NCBI GenBank assembly: GCA_963743525.1
Contig: CAVUQH010000024.1
Span: 65,763 to 129,762, forward strand
Origin: an uncultured delta proteobacterium
Lineage (GTDB): Bacteria; Myxococcota_A; Polyangia; Haliangiales; Haliangiaceae
Length of the DNA stretch: 64,000 bases
Direction of reading: 5' to 3'
The notes under the pieces: generated by a model
Database searches by the model: none
What the model was told of the DNA's origin: nothing
The model's input: only the letters and a program-made list of their open reading frames with translations
Made by a program: the position numbers and the translations under genes
In this document: one piece after another, positions 55,119 to 64,000 of the stretch
Position numbering within the stretch: the first letter of the stretch is position 1
How the letters are laid out: every line of letters begins with the position of its first letter

Positions 55119-56634
55119 GCAGTTGGCGCTGCTTCCCGCCTACGGTGGCGCGCACTTGCAGCTGTCGCTGCTGGCGCTGCTGTGCGGCGTGGTCCTGAGC
55201 GTGCCGCTGGGGATGCTGGCGGCGCGGGTGCGCTGGCTGGAGACGCCGGTGCTGGGCGTGGCCAGCGTGGTGCAGACGGTGCCGGGACTGGCGCTCCTGG
55301 CGATCCTGGTGCCGCTGCTCGCCGCGCTGGGGCTGCCGGGCATCGGCTTTCTGCCGGCGTTCATCGCCCTGGTGCTCTACGGCATGCTGCCGGTCTTGCG
55401 CAACACGGTGGTCGGCCTGCGCGGGATCGACGCCGCGGTGATCGAGGCGGCCGACGGCGTCGGCATGACCGGCGGCCAGCGGCTGTGGCGGGTCGAGCTG
55501 CCGCTGGCGCTGCCGGTGATCATCGCCGGCGTGCGCACCGCGGCGGTCTGGACCGTCGGCATGGCCACGCTGTCGACGCCGGTGGGCGCGCCCAGCCTGG
55601 GCAACTACATCTTCGGCGGGCTGCAGACGCGCAACGTCAACGCCATCATCGTCGGCTGCGCAGCGGCGGCGGCGCTGGCGCTGCTGCTCGACGGGCTGAT
55701 CCTGCTGTTGTCGATCGGCGTGGCCCGGCGGCGGCGCGTCCTGGTCGGCACGGCCGCCGCGGTGCTGGCCGGGCTCTATCTATACATAGGCGTGTCGCTG
55801 GTCACCGGCGCCGTCGGTCACCGGCGCGCCGACGTGGTCATCGGCGCCAAGCCGTTCACCGAGCAGTACATCCTGTCGCACATCCTGGCCGACCGGGTCC
55901 GCGATGCCACCGGCGAGTCGACACAGATCCTGCCGTCCCTCGGATCGACGGTGGCCTACGACGGGCTGGCTGCCGGCGACATCGATCTCTACGTCAACTA
56001 CAGCGGCACGCTGTGGACCACCGTGCTCCACCGCAGCGACGCTGCCACCGACCGCGCCCGGGTCGAGGCCGAGGTGACCCGAGCGCTGCGCCAGCGCGAC
56101 GGCATCACCGTGGTCGGCGCTCTCGGCTTCGAGAACGCCTACTGTCTGGCGATGCGGCGGGCCGACGCCAGGAGGCTGGGCATCCAGTCGATTTCGGATC
56201 TCGCGCCCCACTCCGGAAACCTTTCGATCGGCGGCGACTACGAGTTCTTCTCTCGCCCCGAATGGGCGGCCCTGCGCGACCGTTACGGTCTGAGCTTCGC
56301 CAAACAGCGCAGCATGGACCCATCGCTGATGTACCAGGCGGTCGCCGGTGGCCAGGTGGATGTGATCAGCGCCTACTCCACCGATGGGCGCATCGCCGCC
56401 TTCGATCTGGTCGTCCTGCGCGACGACCGTCACGCGATCCCGCCCTACGACGCCCTGCTCCTGGCCGGGCCGGGACTGACCCGGCATCACCCCGCCGTGA
56501 TCCGCGCCGTTCGGGCGCTGAGCGGCACGATCGACGCCGATGCCATGCGCCGCATGAACCGGGCCGTGGACGAACAGGGCCAATCTCCAGACCAGGTGGC
56601 GCGGCGCTTCCTCGACGCGCTGCCGACGGACTAA
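55111..56634 (+). CDS. ABC transporter permease fused to periplasmic substrate-binding domain (OpuBB-OpuBC-like, glycine betaine/choline type)
   Basis: N-terminal 6-TM permease (…GMATLSTPVGAPSLGNYIFGG…), then SBP domain (…GAKPFTEQYILSHILA…AYDGLAAGDIDLYVNYSGTLW…). Confidence 0.88.
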
Positions 56635-56666
56635 GATAGAAAGATGCGCGGCGTCCGGAGGCACGG

Positions 56667-57782
56667 GTGAACCCCAACGGGCCACCGCCGATCCCGCCGC
56701 CTCGGCCGACGCGGCGGATCGCCGGAAAATACGAGGTTCTCGAGATCGCCGGGCGCGGCGGCATGTCCACGGTCTGGCGCGCCTACCAGCACGGCCCGGG
56801 CCAGTTCCGCCGCACGGTGGCGCTCAAGCAGATGTACCCACATCTGGCGACCCAGCCGCTCTACCGCGAGATGTTCTTCGAGGAGGCCCGCGTCGGCGCC
56901 GCGCTCCAGGATCCCAACATCGCGCAGATCCACGACTTCCTGGTCAACAACGGCGCCTACTACCTGGTCCTCGAATGGGTCGAGGGCGTCAACCTGTTCA
57001 CCTACATCGATCACGTGGTCAACCGCAGCGGCCGGCAGACCCGCTGGGAGCTGATGGTCGCCGTCGCCATCGGCATGTTGCGCGGACTGGCCGCCGCCCA
57101 CGAGCGCACCGACGACAGCGGCGCCGCCCAGCCGATCGTCCATCGCGACGTCACGCCGCACAACGTGCTGATCGGCGACAAGGGCAGCGCGCGACTGATC
57201 GACTTCGGCCTGTCGCTGGCGCGCGACCGCGAGGGCGAGCAGACCGAGCCGGGCATCGCCAAGGGCAAGCCGGCCTACCTGGCGCCCGAGGTCGTGCGTG
57301 GCGAGCGGGCGACGCCAGCCTCGGATCAGTTCGCCGCCGGATCGGTGCTGTGGGAGTCGCTCACCGGGCGCCGGCTGTTCGGCGACGCCAACCAGTACGA
57401 AGCGCTGCGCCGGATCGCCGAGGGCCAGTACGAGCCGCTGCCGCGCGCGCGCGCCGAGCTGCCCGACGAGCTGGTCGAGACCGTGCACCGCGCGCTGTCA
57501 CTCGATCCGGAGGATCGCTTCCCCTCGGTTCGCGAGATGGCCCGGCGCCTTGGCGGCGTCCTCGGCCGCGCGACTCCGGGCGAGGACATCTACGCCCTGC
57601 TCGCGCGGACCGTCAAGAGCGCGCGCGAGGACCTGGGCCTGGGTCACCGCACCCAGGGCACCCGCTTCGAGACGCCGGTGCCGCAGGAGTCGTCGGGGCT
57701 GATCCATCTGCCCGGCGAGAGCCGGGACGACGGCGACGGCCGCAAGGGCTGGTTGCCCAGCTGGCTTTCGCGGCGCAAGTAG
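56667..57782 (+). CDS. Ser/Thr protein kinase
   Basis: GTG start; IAGRGGMSTVWRAYQ...VALKQM...HRDVTPHNVLI...DFGLS...GKPAYLAPE. Confidence 0.88.
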   Translation: MNPNGPPPIPPPRPTRRIAGKYEVLEIAGRGGMSTVWRAYQHGPGQFRRTVALKQMYPHLATQPLYREMFFEEARVGAALQDPNIAQIHDFLVNNGAYYLVLEWVEGVNLFTYIDHVVNRSGRQTRWELMVAVAIGMLRGLAAAHERTDDSGAAQPIVHRDVTPHNVLIGDKGSARLIDFGLSLARDREGEQTEPGIAKGKPAYLAPEVVRGERATPASDQFAAGSVLWESLTGRRLFGDANQYEALRRIAEGQYEPLPRARAELPDELVETVHRALSLDPEDRFPSVREMARRLGGVLGRATPGEDIYALLARTVKSAREDLGLGHRTQGTRFETPVPQESSGLIHLPGESRDDGDGRKGWLPSWLSRRK

Positions 57783-57783
57783 C

Positions 57784-59826
57784 TCAGCCGCTGGCGTCGG
57801 CCTGGTCGTCCTGCCGGCGCAGCGCCGCGATCTCGTCGCGCGGACCGGTGACGACCAGCACCGTGTCGGCGGTCAGCGGCGCGTCCGGATCGGGCGACTT
57901 GCGCAAGCTCCCGGCGGCGCCGGGGGTGCGCAAGCCGACCACCATGACGCTGTGCTTTCGCCGCAGGTCGAGCTCGCGCAGATTCTTGCCGACGAAGGCG
58001 TCGGGGCAGACGATCGCATCGACCACGTGTCCCGATGGCAGCTCGACGTAGTCCTTCTTGTCCCGCTCTTCGACGCGACTGAGGAAGCGCAGACCTAGAT
58101 CGCTCTTGCTCAACAGCTCGCGATTGTACAGACCGACGATCTCCTTGAGCTTGATCAGCCCGACCAGCCGCCGCTTCGCGTCGATCACCGGCAGCTCTTC
58201 GGCGTCGCCGTCGGCGAACGCGGCCAGGCACTGCTCCACGGTCTCGCTCTCGCCGACCAGCGCCGGGCACGCGGTCATGCAGTCGACGGCGGTCGCAGCC
58301 GGCACGTCTTCGCGGATCACCCCGCGGATGTCGTCGAGGACGATCGCACCCAGCAGCACCTGGTCGTCGTTGACCACGTAGAGGTAGTCGCCGCCCGACG
58401 CCAGCACGCTGGCGACGACCTGGTCGAACGGCATGGCCGGCGAGATCGCGTTGGTCGGGCGCCGCATCAGATCGGACACCGGGGTGCGCAGGACCGCCAG
58501 CATCTCTTTGCTGCCGCCCATGTGGATGCCGCGGCGCGCGAGCTTCTCGGTGTAGATCGAGCCGCGGTGGACCGCGGTGGACAGCATCGTGCCGATGATG
58601 CATGCGAGCATGAGCGGCAGGATGATGTCGTAGTCGCCGCTCAGCTCGAAGATGATGAGGATCGCCGTGAGCGGCGCGTGGGTGGTGGCCGCGACCACCG
58701 CGCCCATGCTGACCAGCACGTAGGCGCCGACATGGGCCGTCGGCCAGGGCGCGATCTGCGCGGCCAGCACGCCGAAGGCGCCGCCCAACGACGCGCCGAG
58801 GAACAGCGACGGCGCGAAGATGCCGCCCGAGCCGCCACCGGCCAGCGTCGCGGTGGTCGCCAGCAGCTTGGCCGCCACCAGCAGCGCCAGCATGCCCAGG
58901 GCCAGGGTTCCCTGCAGCTCGATGTCGATGGTCTCGTAGCCCAGGCCGAGCACGTTGGGCACGGCCAGCGCCAGGCCGCCGACGATCAGCCCGGCCAGCA
59001 CCGGCGGAACCAATCGCTGGGCGGGTAGCCGGTCGAATAGATCCTCCATGCCGTAGAGCACGCGGATGAAGGCGACGCCCAACAGCCCGGCGAGGACCCC
59101 GAGGACGGTGTACGCGATCAGCTCGGCCGGGCTGCGCAGCTTGTACGCGGGAATGGCAAACGTCGGCGCGCCGCCGAGGTACCAGCGCGACACCGCCGTC
59201 GCCAGCACACTGGAGACGACGATGGGACTGAACGTGCGGATCGCTGCCGAGCCGAGCACGATCTCGACGGAGAAGATGACGCCGGTGAGCGGCGCGTTGA
59301 AGGTGGCGGCGATTCCTGCGGCGGCACCGCACGCGACCAGGAGCCGCAGCTGTGACTCCGGGACCTTGAGCAGCTGCCCCACCGACGACCCGAACGACGA
59401 CCCGATCTGCACGATCGGCCCCTCGCGGCCAACCGACCCGCCGGTACCGATGTTGATCGCCGACGCCAGCGCCTTGACGACCACCAGGCGCGGCCGGATC
59501 TTGCCGCCGCCGTGAGCGACCGCCTCCATCACCTCGGGCACGCCGTGGCCCTTGGCCTCCCGCGCCAGCGACTGGGTCAGGTTGGAGACGATGACCAGAC
59601 CGATCACCGGCAACAGCAAGACCAGCTCCCAGGGCATCCCCTTCACCAGCTCGAGCAGCGAGCCGCCGCCACCGAAGCTGAGGGTGGTCACGCCGTCGAC
59701 CAGCTCGCGAAACCCGAGCGCACCGAACCCGGTCGCGATACCGATCGCGGCGGCCACCGTGAGGGAGCGCGTATCAGCGCCGCCGAAGCCGCGGCTGACG
59801 TCCGACCAGAACTTGGATAGGTTCAT
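57784..59826 (-). CDS. ClC-family chloride channel with C-terminal CBS pair and TrkA-C-like domain
   Basis: GREGP, GSSVG, multiple TM helices; CBS-like LMRRPTNAISPAMPFDQVV...; TrkA_C-like VGKNLRELDLRRKHSVMVVGLRTPG. Confidence 0.9.
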   Translation of the reverse strand: MNLSKFWSDVSRGFGGADTRSLTVAAAIGIATGFGALGFRELVDGVTTLSFGGGGSLLELVKGMPWELVLLLPVIGLVIVSNLTQSLAREAKGHGVPEVMEAVAHGGGKIRPRLVVVKALASAINIGTGGSVGREGPIVQIGSSFGSSVGQLLKVPESQLRLLVACGAAAGIAATFNAPLTGVIFSVEIVLGSAAIRTFSPIVVSSVLATAVSRWYLGGAPTFAIPAYKLRSPAELIAYTVLGVLAGLLGVAFIRVLYGMEDLFDRLPAQRLVPPVLAGLIVGGLALAVPNVLGLGYETIDIELQGTLALGMLALLVAAKLLATTATLAGGGSGGIFAPSLFLGASLGGAFGVLAAQIAPWPTAHVGAYVLVSMGAVVAATTHAPLTAILIIFELSGDYDIILPLMLACIIGTMLSTAVHRGSIYTEKLARRGIHMGGSKEMLAVLRTPVSDLMRRPTNAISPAMPFDQVVASVLASGGDYLYVVNDDQVLLGAIVLDDIRGVIREDVPAATAVDCMTACPALVGESETVEQCLAAFADGDAEELPVIDAKRRLVGLIKLKEIVGLYNRELLSKSDLGLRFLSRVEERDKKDYVELPSGHVVDAIVCPDAFVGKNLRELDLRRKHSVMVVGLRTPGAAGSLRKSPDPDAPLTADTVLVVTGPRDEIAALRRQDDQADASG

Positions 59827-59901
59827 TTCCCGGAGCGGTACGGAACAACTGACTATCGCCTCATTTGGCGCAGAGAGCCAGCCCGCCCCGGGAATTCCCG
59901 C

Positions 59902-60210
59902 CTAGCCGTGGACGATGCGCAGCGCCGTGAGCGCCTGGAGCACGCCGACCAGGGTCACGATCGTCGCTGCGGCGATGCCGGTCTTGCCACTGGCGTTGCC
60001 CAGCAGCATCGCCCCGGCCACGGCCAACACGGCGCCCAGCACCAACGGGAGCGACACCCCGGTGACGGAGATGCTCAGCAGCCCGAGGGCGATCGCCACC
60101 TCGACTCCACTGGCCACGACGGCGATAGCGGCAAAAGCCCGCGGTCGCGTGTCGAGGGAGACGACACCTCCGACCAGGGCGATGATTGCAAACAGGGTCC
60201 ACAGCTGCAT
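59902..60210 (-). CDS. Small integral membrane protein (3 TM helices)
   Basis: MQLWTLFAIIALVGGVVSL...; RBS GGGAGG 7 nt upstream. Confidence 0.55.
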   Translation of the reverse strand: MQLWTLFAIIALVGGVVSLDTRPRAFAAIAVVASGVEVAIALGLLSISVTGVSLPLVLGAVLAVAGAMLLGNASGKTGIAAATIVTLVGVLQALTALRIVHG

Positions 60211-60493
60211 GACGAACCTCCCGTGAAGGGAAGCATCGATCATGCGCCGGAGTCGCCGGCGACGCCATCGGGGGTTCTCCCGCGGCGAGAAGGTGCGCGC
60301 CGCGCGTACGCGACACCCGATGTGCGCCCCGGGGGAGAGCGTCACCGACGCGAGGGCACCCGCCGTCAGCCGCCCGGCCACCGTCGGCCACCGATCGCCG
60401 TCAAAGCGCCGCTCTCCGCCGATCTGCGGCGAATCCACCAGTCGGTACGGCCCTTGCTGATTGTTGGGACGAGACCAAGGGAGACCCACCACC

Positions 60494-61033
60494 GTGACCA
60501 AGCCAATTCGATTCGTTCGCCTCTCCGGCCTGCTGGCCGTACTCCTTCCGCTGGTGATCGGCTGCACCGTCAACACCTACGACCCCACCCCGGGTGGCAG
60601 TGGCGGAGGCGGCGGCGCCTCCGGCGGCGATGACACCGGAGGTGGTTCTGGTACTGGCACCGCGGCGTGCAGCGCCACCGACGCGCCGACCACCGTGCTG
60701 GCCGCGCGCTGCACCAACACCGCCTGCCACGACGCCGACGCGCCCGCGGCCGGCCTCGACCTGCAGAGCGCCGGCGTCGCTCAGCGGCTCATGGGCGTGA
60801 CCTCGTCCTGTGCCAATCACGTGCTGGTCGTCGCCGGCGACCCGGCCAGCAGCTACCTCATGGACAAGATCGGCGGCGCGCCCGCATGCGGGGGCCTGAT
60901 GCCACCGACCGGCACCCTCGACACCGAAGAGGTCGGCTGCGTGCAGGGTTGGATCACCAGCCTGGCCGGCAGTGGCGGCGGCGACACCACCGGCGGCGGC
61001 GGCACGGGCGGTGGCGGTGGCAGCGGCTGGTAG
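60494..61033 (+). CDS. Lipoprotein with Gly-rich linkers and an atypical CX4CH motif (possible c-type haem site)
   Basis: GTG start with RBS AAGGGAGA: (M)TKPIRFVRLSGLLAVLLPLVIGC; ...LAARCTNTACHDADAPAAGL...; ends GGGTGGGGGSGW. Confidence 0.6.
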   Translation: MTKPIRFVRLSGLLAVLLPLVIGCTVNTYDPTPGGSGGGGGASGGDDTGGGSGTGTAACSATDAPTTVLAARCTNTACHDADAPAAGLDLQSAGVAQRLMGVTSSCANHVLVVAGDPASSYLMDKIGGAPACGGLMPPTGTLDTEEVGCVQGWITSLAGSGGGDTTGGGGTGGGGGSGW

Positions 61034-63026
61034 AGCCGCCCAGCTGGCTCCCGTGTTCGCGCTCTTCGCGTGCACGGTGGGCCAGGTCCCCGGGAGCTCA
61101 TCCGATCGGCTGGCGCCGCTGCACGCGTTCGAAGACTCGATGCGCGCAGCGACCGACTTCGCCGTCCTGCCACCGGCCGAGCACGCGCTCGGTCCCGACC
61201 CGGTCAACGTCGTCACCCTCGGTGACGGCGTCTTTGCCGGTCTACTGCAGGGCGACGATGACCTGGTCATCGTCGATGCCGCGGGCCTGGAGCTGGCTCG
61301 CACTCCGGCGACACCGACGCCCACCGCGATCGCCGCCGATGCAGCCGGACTGATCTGGGTCGGCGGTCACGAGTCGCTCGAGCTGCGCGGCTACGCCCGC
61401 GACGCCGGGGCGCTTTCGTTGCGTGCCACCTGGCTGTCCGGACAGCTCGGGTCGGTCGCCGACGTCGCCGCTGGCCCCGGCACCACCCTCTACGTCGGCG
61501 ACGAGCTGGCCGGCCGGGTGCTGGCGGTCAACACCGCCACCGGCGCGTCAACCGAGGTCGCCCGGTGCCTCGGCCCGCACCGACTGGCGGCGGCGTCCGA
61601 CTACCTGATCGTCTCCTGTCTGCTCGATCGCAGCGTCCTGGTCCTCCGAGTCGCGGCCGACCGCAGCGCCACCCAGATCGCTCGCATCGATCACGACGCG
61701 CCGCTCGATTCGCTGGCCGCCGCGAGCGCCGCCGACGGCGGGCTGCTGCTGGCGATGGGCGGCATGGAAGATCAACCGCTCGATCGCACTGGCGGCGGCT
61801 TCGGCAACCTCGACTCGTTCGCCTTCCTCTACCGCATCGGCGCCACCGGCGGCGCCGATCGCATCGCCGCGATCAACCTGTCGGCGGACGGCGTGGTCAT
61901 GCCCGAAGCAATCGATCTGGCGCTGTCCCCGGACGGATCAGCGACGTCGCGAGTGTCGGCGGCGGGCAGCGATCGCCGCGCCGTGATCCACTGGCCGGCC
62001 GGGGGCGGCACGGCGTCGCTCGTCACTGCCACGGCGCCGCCCGGGGCCGTCGCCGTCGCCTACGATCCATCGGGCGCCGGCGTCGCCGCCAACCCGCTGC
62101 TCGATGCGTGGATCGCGGTCGATGCCGACGGCACCACCCGCGCCATCGCCCCGATCGCCGGCGCCGAGGCGGTGCCGACCGAGGTACGGCTGGGCGAAGC
62201 GCTGTACAGCACCACGCTGATCGCGCCGTGGAACGGCAGCGACGGAATCGACAGCCGGTTCACCTGCCAGAGCTGCCACCACGACGGCTACAGCGACGGT
62301 CGCACCCACTACACCGGCCGCGACGACGTCTACGCCACCACCCGCTCGGTGCGCGGACTGTTCAACAACCGCCCCCACTTCTCCCGCGCCCTCGACCGGA
62401 CCATGGCTGACATGGTCGACAGCGAGTTCCGCGTGGTCAACGCGCACAGCGGCCGTTCGTCGTGGTTCTCGGTCAACACCGAGGTGGCGCCGTGGCTGCC
62501 GCTGCTCGGCGTTAACCAGACCACGCTCGACCCGATCGCGCTGCGCCGCGCGCTGATGTCGTTCCTCATGGTCTACACCCACGCGAGCAACCCCGCCGTC
62601 GGCGGCCGCACGACCTTCAGCGCCGAGGAGCGCCGCGGCGCCGAGCTGTTCCGCGACCGCTGCGAGGCCTGTCACGCGGCCCGCCTGCAGGCCGACGACG
62701 CCGAGACCCGGGTGCCGTTCGACCAGTGGGAGGCGCTGGTCATGAGCCGCCGCGGGCCGATCGTCTGGGGCAGCGACGGCTACCAGAAGACCGGCGTCGA
62801 GCCATACGTACACCCGCTGGGCTCGCGGGTGCCGTCGCTGCGGCGCCTGTACCGCAAGCACCCGTACTTCACCAACGGCACCGCCGCCAGCCTGGACGAG
62901 ATCCTGGCGCGGGTGCGCCTCGATGCGGCCACCGGGACCTTCCGCCACGAGGGCGACGACGCCGAGCCGCCCGCGCTGACCGCCGACGATCAGGCGGCGC
63001 TGCGCGCGTTCCTCGCCCTGTTATGA
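60972..63026 (+). CDS. Di-haem cytochrome c family protein with N-terminal beta-propeller-like domain; exact start uncertain
   Basis: Two CxxCH sites: FTCQSCHHDG and RDRCEACHAARL. N-terminal ~400 aa has repetitive beta-strand-like segments. Track start overlaps the preceding gene by 62 nt. Confidence 0.7.
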   Translation: MAAATPPAAAARAVAVAAAGRAAQLAPVFALFACTVGQVPGSSSDRLAPLHAFEDSMRAATDFAVLPPAEHALGPDPVNVVTLGDGVFAGLLQGDDDLVIVDAAGLELARTPATPTPTAIAADAAGLIWVGGHESLELRGYARDAGALSLRATWLSGQLGSVADVAAGPGTTLYVGDELAGRVLAVNTATGASTEVARCLGPHRLAAASDYLIVSCLLDRSVLVLRVAADRSATQIARIDHDAPLDSLAAASAADGGLLLAMGGMEDQPLDRTGGGFGNLDSFAFLYRIGATGGADRIAAINLSADGVVMPEAIDLALSPDGSATSRVSAAGSDRRAVIHWPAGGGTASLVTATAPPGAVAVAYDPSGAGVAANPLLDAWIAVDADGTTRAIAPIAGAEAVPTEVRLGEALYSTTLIAPWNGSDGIDSRFTCQSCHHDGYSDGRTHYTGRDDVYATTRSVRGLFNNRPHFSRALDRTMADMVDSEFRVVNAHSGRSSWFSVNTEVAPWLPLLGVNQTTLDPIALRRALMSFLMVYTHASNPAVGGRTTFSAEERRGAELFRDRCEACHAARLQADDAETRVPFDQWEALVMSRRGPIVWGSDGYQKTGVEPYVHPLGSRVPSLRRLYRKHPYFTNGTAASLDEILARVRLDAATGTFRHEGDDAEPPALTADDQAALRAFLALL

Positions 63027-63791
63027 GCCGACGGTCTCGGCCAGCAAGCTCTCGAGCTTGCTGAACGCCCGCGCTGCCTGCTCCGGGTGATAGCGCTCGG
63101 ACTGCAGGGTGGTCCAGCCGTGGAGCGCGCCGTCGTACAGCTCGCTCTCGTACCGGCCGCCCCACTCCGCCAGCGCCTGCTCGAGCCTGGCGATCGCCTC
63201 GGCCGGCATGCTGCCGTCCTGGTCGGCGTGACCGAAGTAGAGGCGCGCGCGCACCTGCGGCAACACCAGGTGCGGGCTGGTCGCGTCGTCGGTGTACAGA
63301 CGACCGCCGTGGAACGACGCCGCCAGCGCCACCTTGTCCGCTTGCGCGGCGGCAATGCGCAGCGCGACGGCGCCGGTGAAACAGTGGCCGACCACGGCGA
63401 CCTGGTCGCCGGAAACGCTGTCCTGTCCGAGCAGGAAGTCAACGTACGGCCCGGCGTCGCGCGCGACCGCCTCGGGGGTCATCGCTCCGGTGACCTCGCC
63501 GAAGCGCTTCATGGTCGCCGGCTCGCCGAACCTGGCGCCTTCGGGGAAGATCGGCGGGCGGCCCGAGCGGTAGAAGACGTTGGGCAGCAGCACCGTGTAG
63601 CCCCTGGCGGCCAGCCGGCGGCACATCTCCTTTTGCGGGTCGCGGATGCCCCAGATGTCGGTCAGGTGGATGACCCCCGGGTGGGGCTGGTCATCGGGGC
63701 GAAACAGAAACCCGTCGGAGGTCCCGTCGGGCGTGGAAATCTCGATGGCCTGTTCGATCACGGCGTCCTCCGTTCGCCGACGGCATATCAC
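63021..63791 (-). CDS. Dienelactone-hydrolase-family protein
   Basis: ...VAVVGHCFTGAVALRIAA...HGGRLY...YFGHADQDGSMP... (DLH fold motifs). Confidence 0.8.
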   Translation of the reverse strand: MICRRRTEDAVIEQAIEISTPDGTSDGFLFRPDDQPHPGVIHLTDIWGIRDPQKEMCRRLAARGYTVLLPNVFYRSGRPPIFPEGARFGEPATMKRFGEVTGAMTPEAVARDAGPYVDFLLGQDSVSGDQVAVVGHCFTGAVALRIAAAQADKVALAASFHGGRLYTDDATSPHLVLPQVRARLYFGHADQDGSMPAEAIARLEQALAEWGGRYESELYDGALHGWTTLQSERYHPEQAARAFSKLESLLAETVGS

Positions 63792-63818
63792 GCCGGTGGC
63801 GACCCGAGCAACGCGGAC

Positions 63819-64000
63819 TCACGGCACCGGAGCCGGAACGATCGGCGGGCTCGGCGCCGTGCCGGGAGTACCGTCGCCGATGACGGGCCAGTCGTTCTGC
63901 CAGTCGACGCGGTCGACCAGCACCTCGCGGCCCACGGAGGTGTCGTTGGTGCCGTTACCCAGCGCCGGCCAGGCGTGATAGACGAACACCGTCTGGCCGT
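63819..64000 (-). CDS. 3' end of a gene running off the window, possibly a GH43/GH32-type glycoside-hydrolase C-terminus (partial)
   Basis: My translation of the minus strand: ...GQTVFVYHAWPALGNGTNDTSVGREVLVDRVDWQNDWPVIGDGTPGTAPSPPIVPAPVP*, high GC3. Confidence 0.4.
   Translation of the reverse strand, partial: GQTVFVYHAWPALGNGTNDTSVGREVLVDRVDWQNDWPVIGDGTPGTAPSPPIVPAPVP

Overview
High-GC (~70%) chromosomal window with the look of a myxobacterium: many eukaryotic-like Ser/Thr kinases fused to TPR or AAA domains, many lipoproteins, an ECF sigma/anti-sigma pair, Cys/Pro/His low-complexity secreted proteins, and frequent 4-nt start/stop overlaps (ATGA/GTGA/TTGA) with GTG/TTG starts. Housekeeping genes recognised: gyrA, hemL, the F0 ATP-synthase genes atpZ/atpI/atpB/atpE (no atpF follows), and an operon glmS-lipoprotein-moaC-cNMP-binding-OMP. 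Also an NAD-epimerase/YyaL-thioredoxin pair, an M13 and an S41 peptidase, a Rieske Tat-lipoprotein, a betaine-type ABC transporter, a ClC channel, and a di-haem cytochrome c. Accessory or unusual content: (1) a ~465-bp near-perfect (GTGCTC)n hexanucleotide microsatellite right after atpE, which on the minus strand would encode about 78 His-Glu dipeptides; (2) an intact tRNA-Gly(GCC) whose 3' half plus ~85 bp downstream is repeated 5.3 kb away, bracketing a lower-GC island with no integrase that carries a Lys-rich 632-aa protein with a C-terminal Cys-His-Asp hydrolase-like domain, a lipoprotein, a PAS hybrid histidine kinase, and a 140-bp remnant of a kinase 3' end; (3) a second tRNA-like 3' fragment after a low-GC Cys-rich lipoprotein gene with an AT-rich promoter; (4) an ECF sigma/anti-sigma locus followed by two secreted proteins built from novel CDP(A/T)DPNCVPPPP cysteine-proline repeats (42-bp DNA tandem repeats); (5) three or four genes that need a +/-1 frameshift inside repeat or G-run contexts; (6) a five-gene operon in which every junction is a 4-nt overlap. 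Coordinates of features not taken from the ORF track are approximate (+/- a few nt) because they were read by eye.
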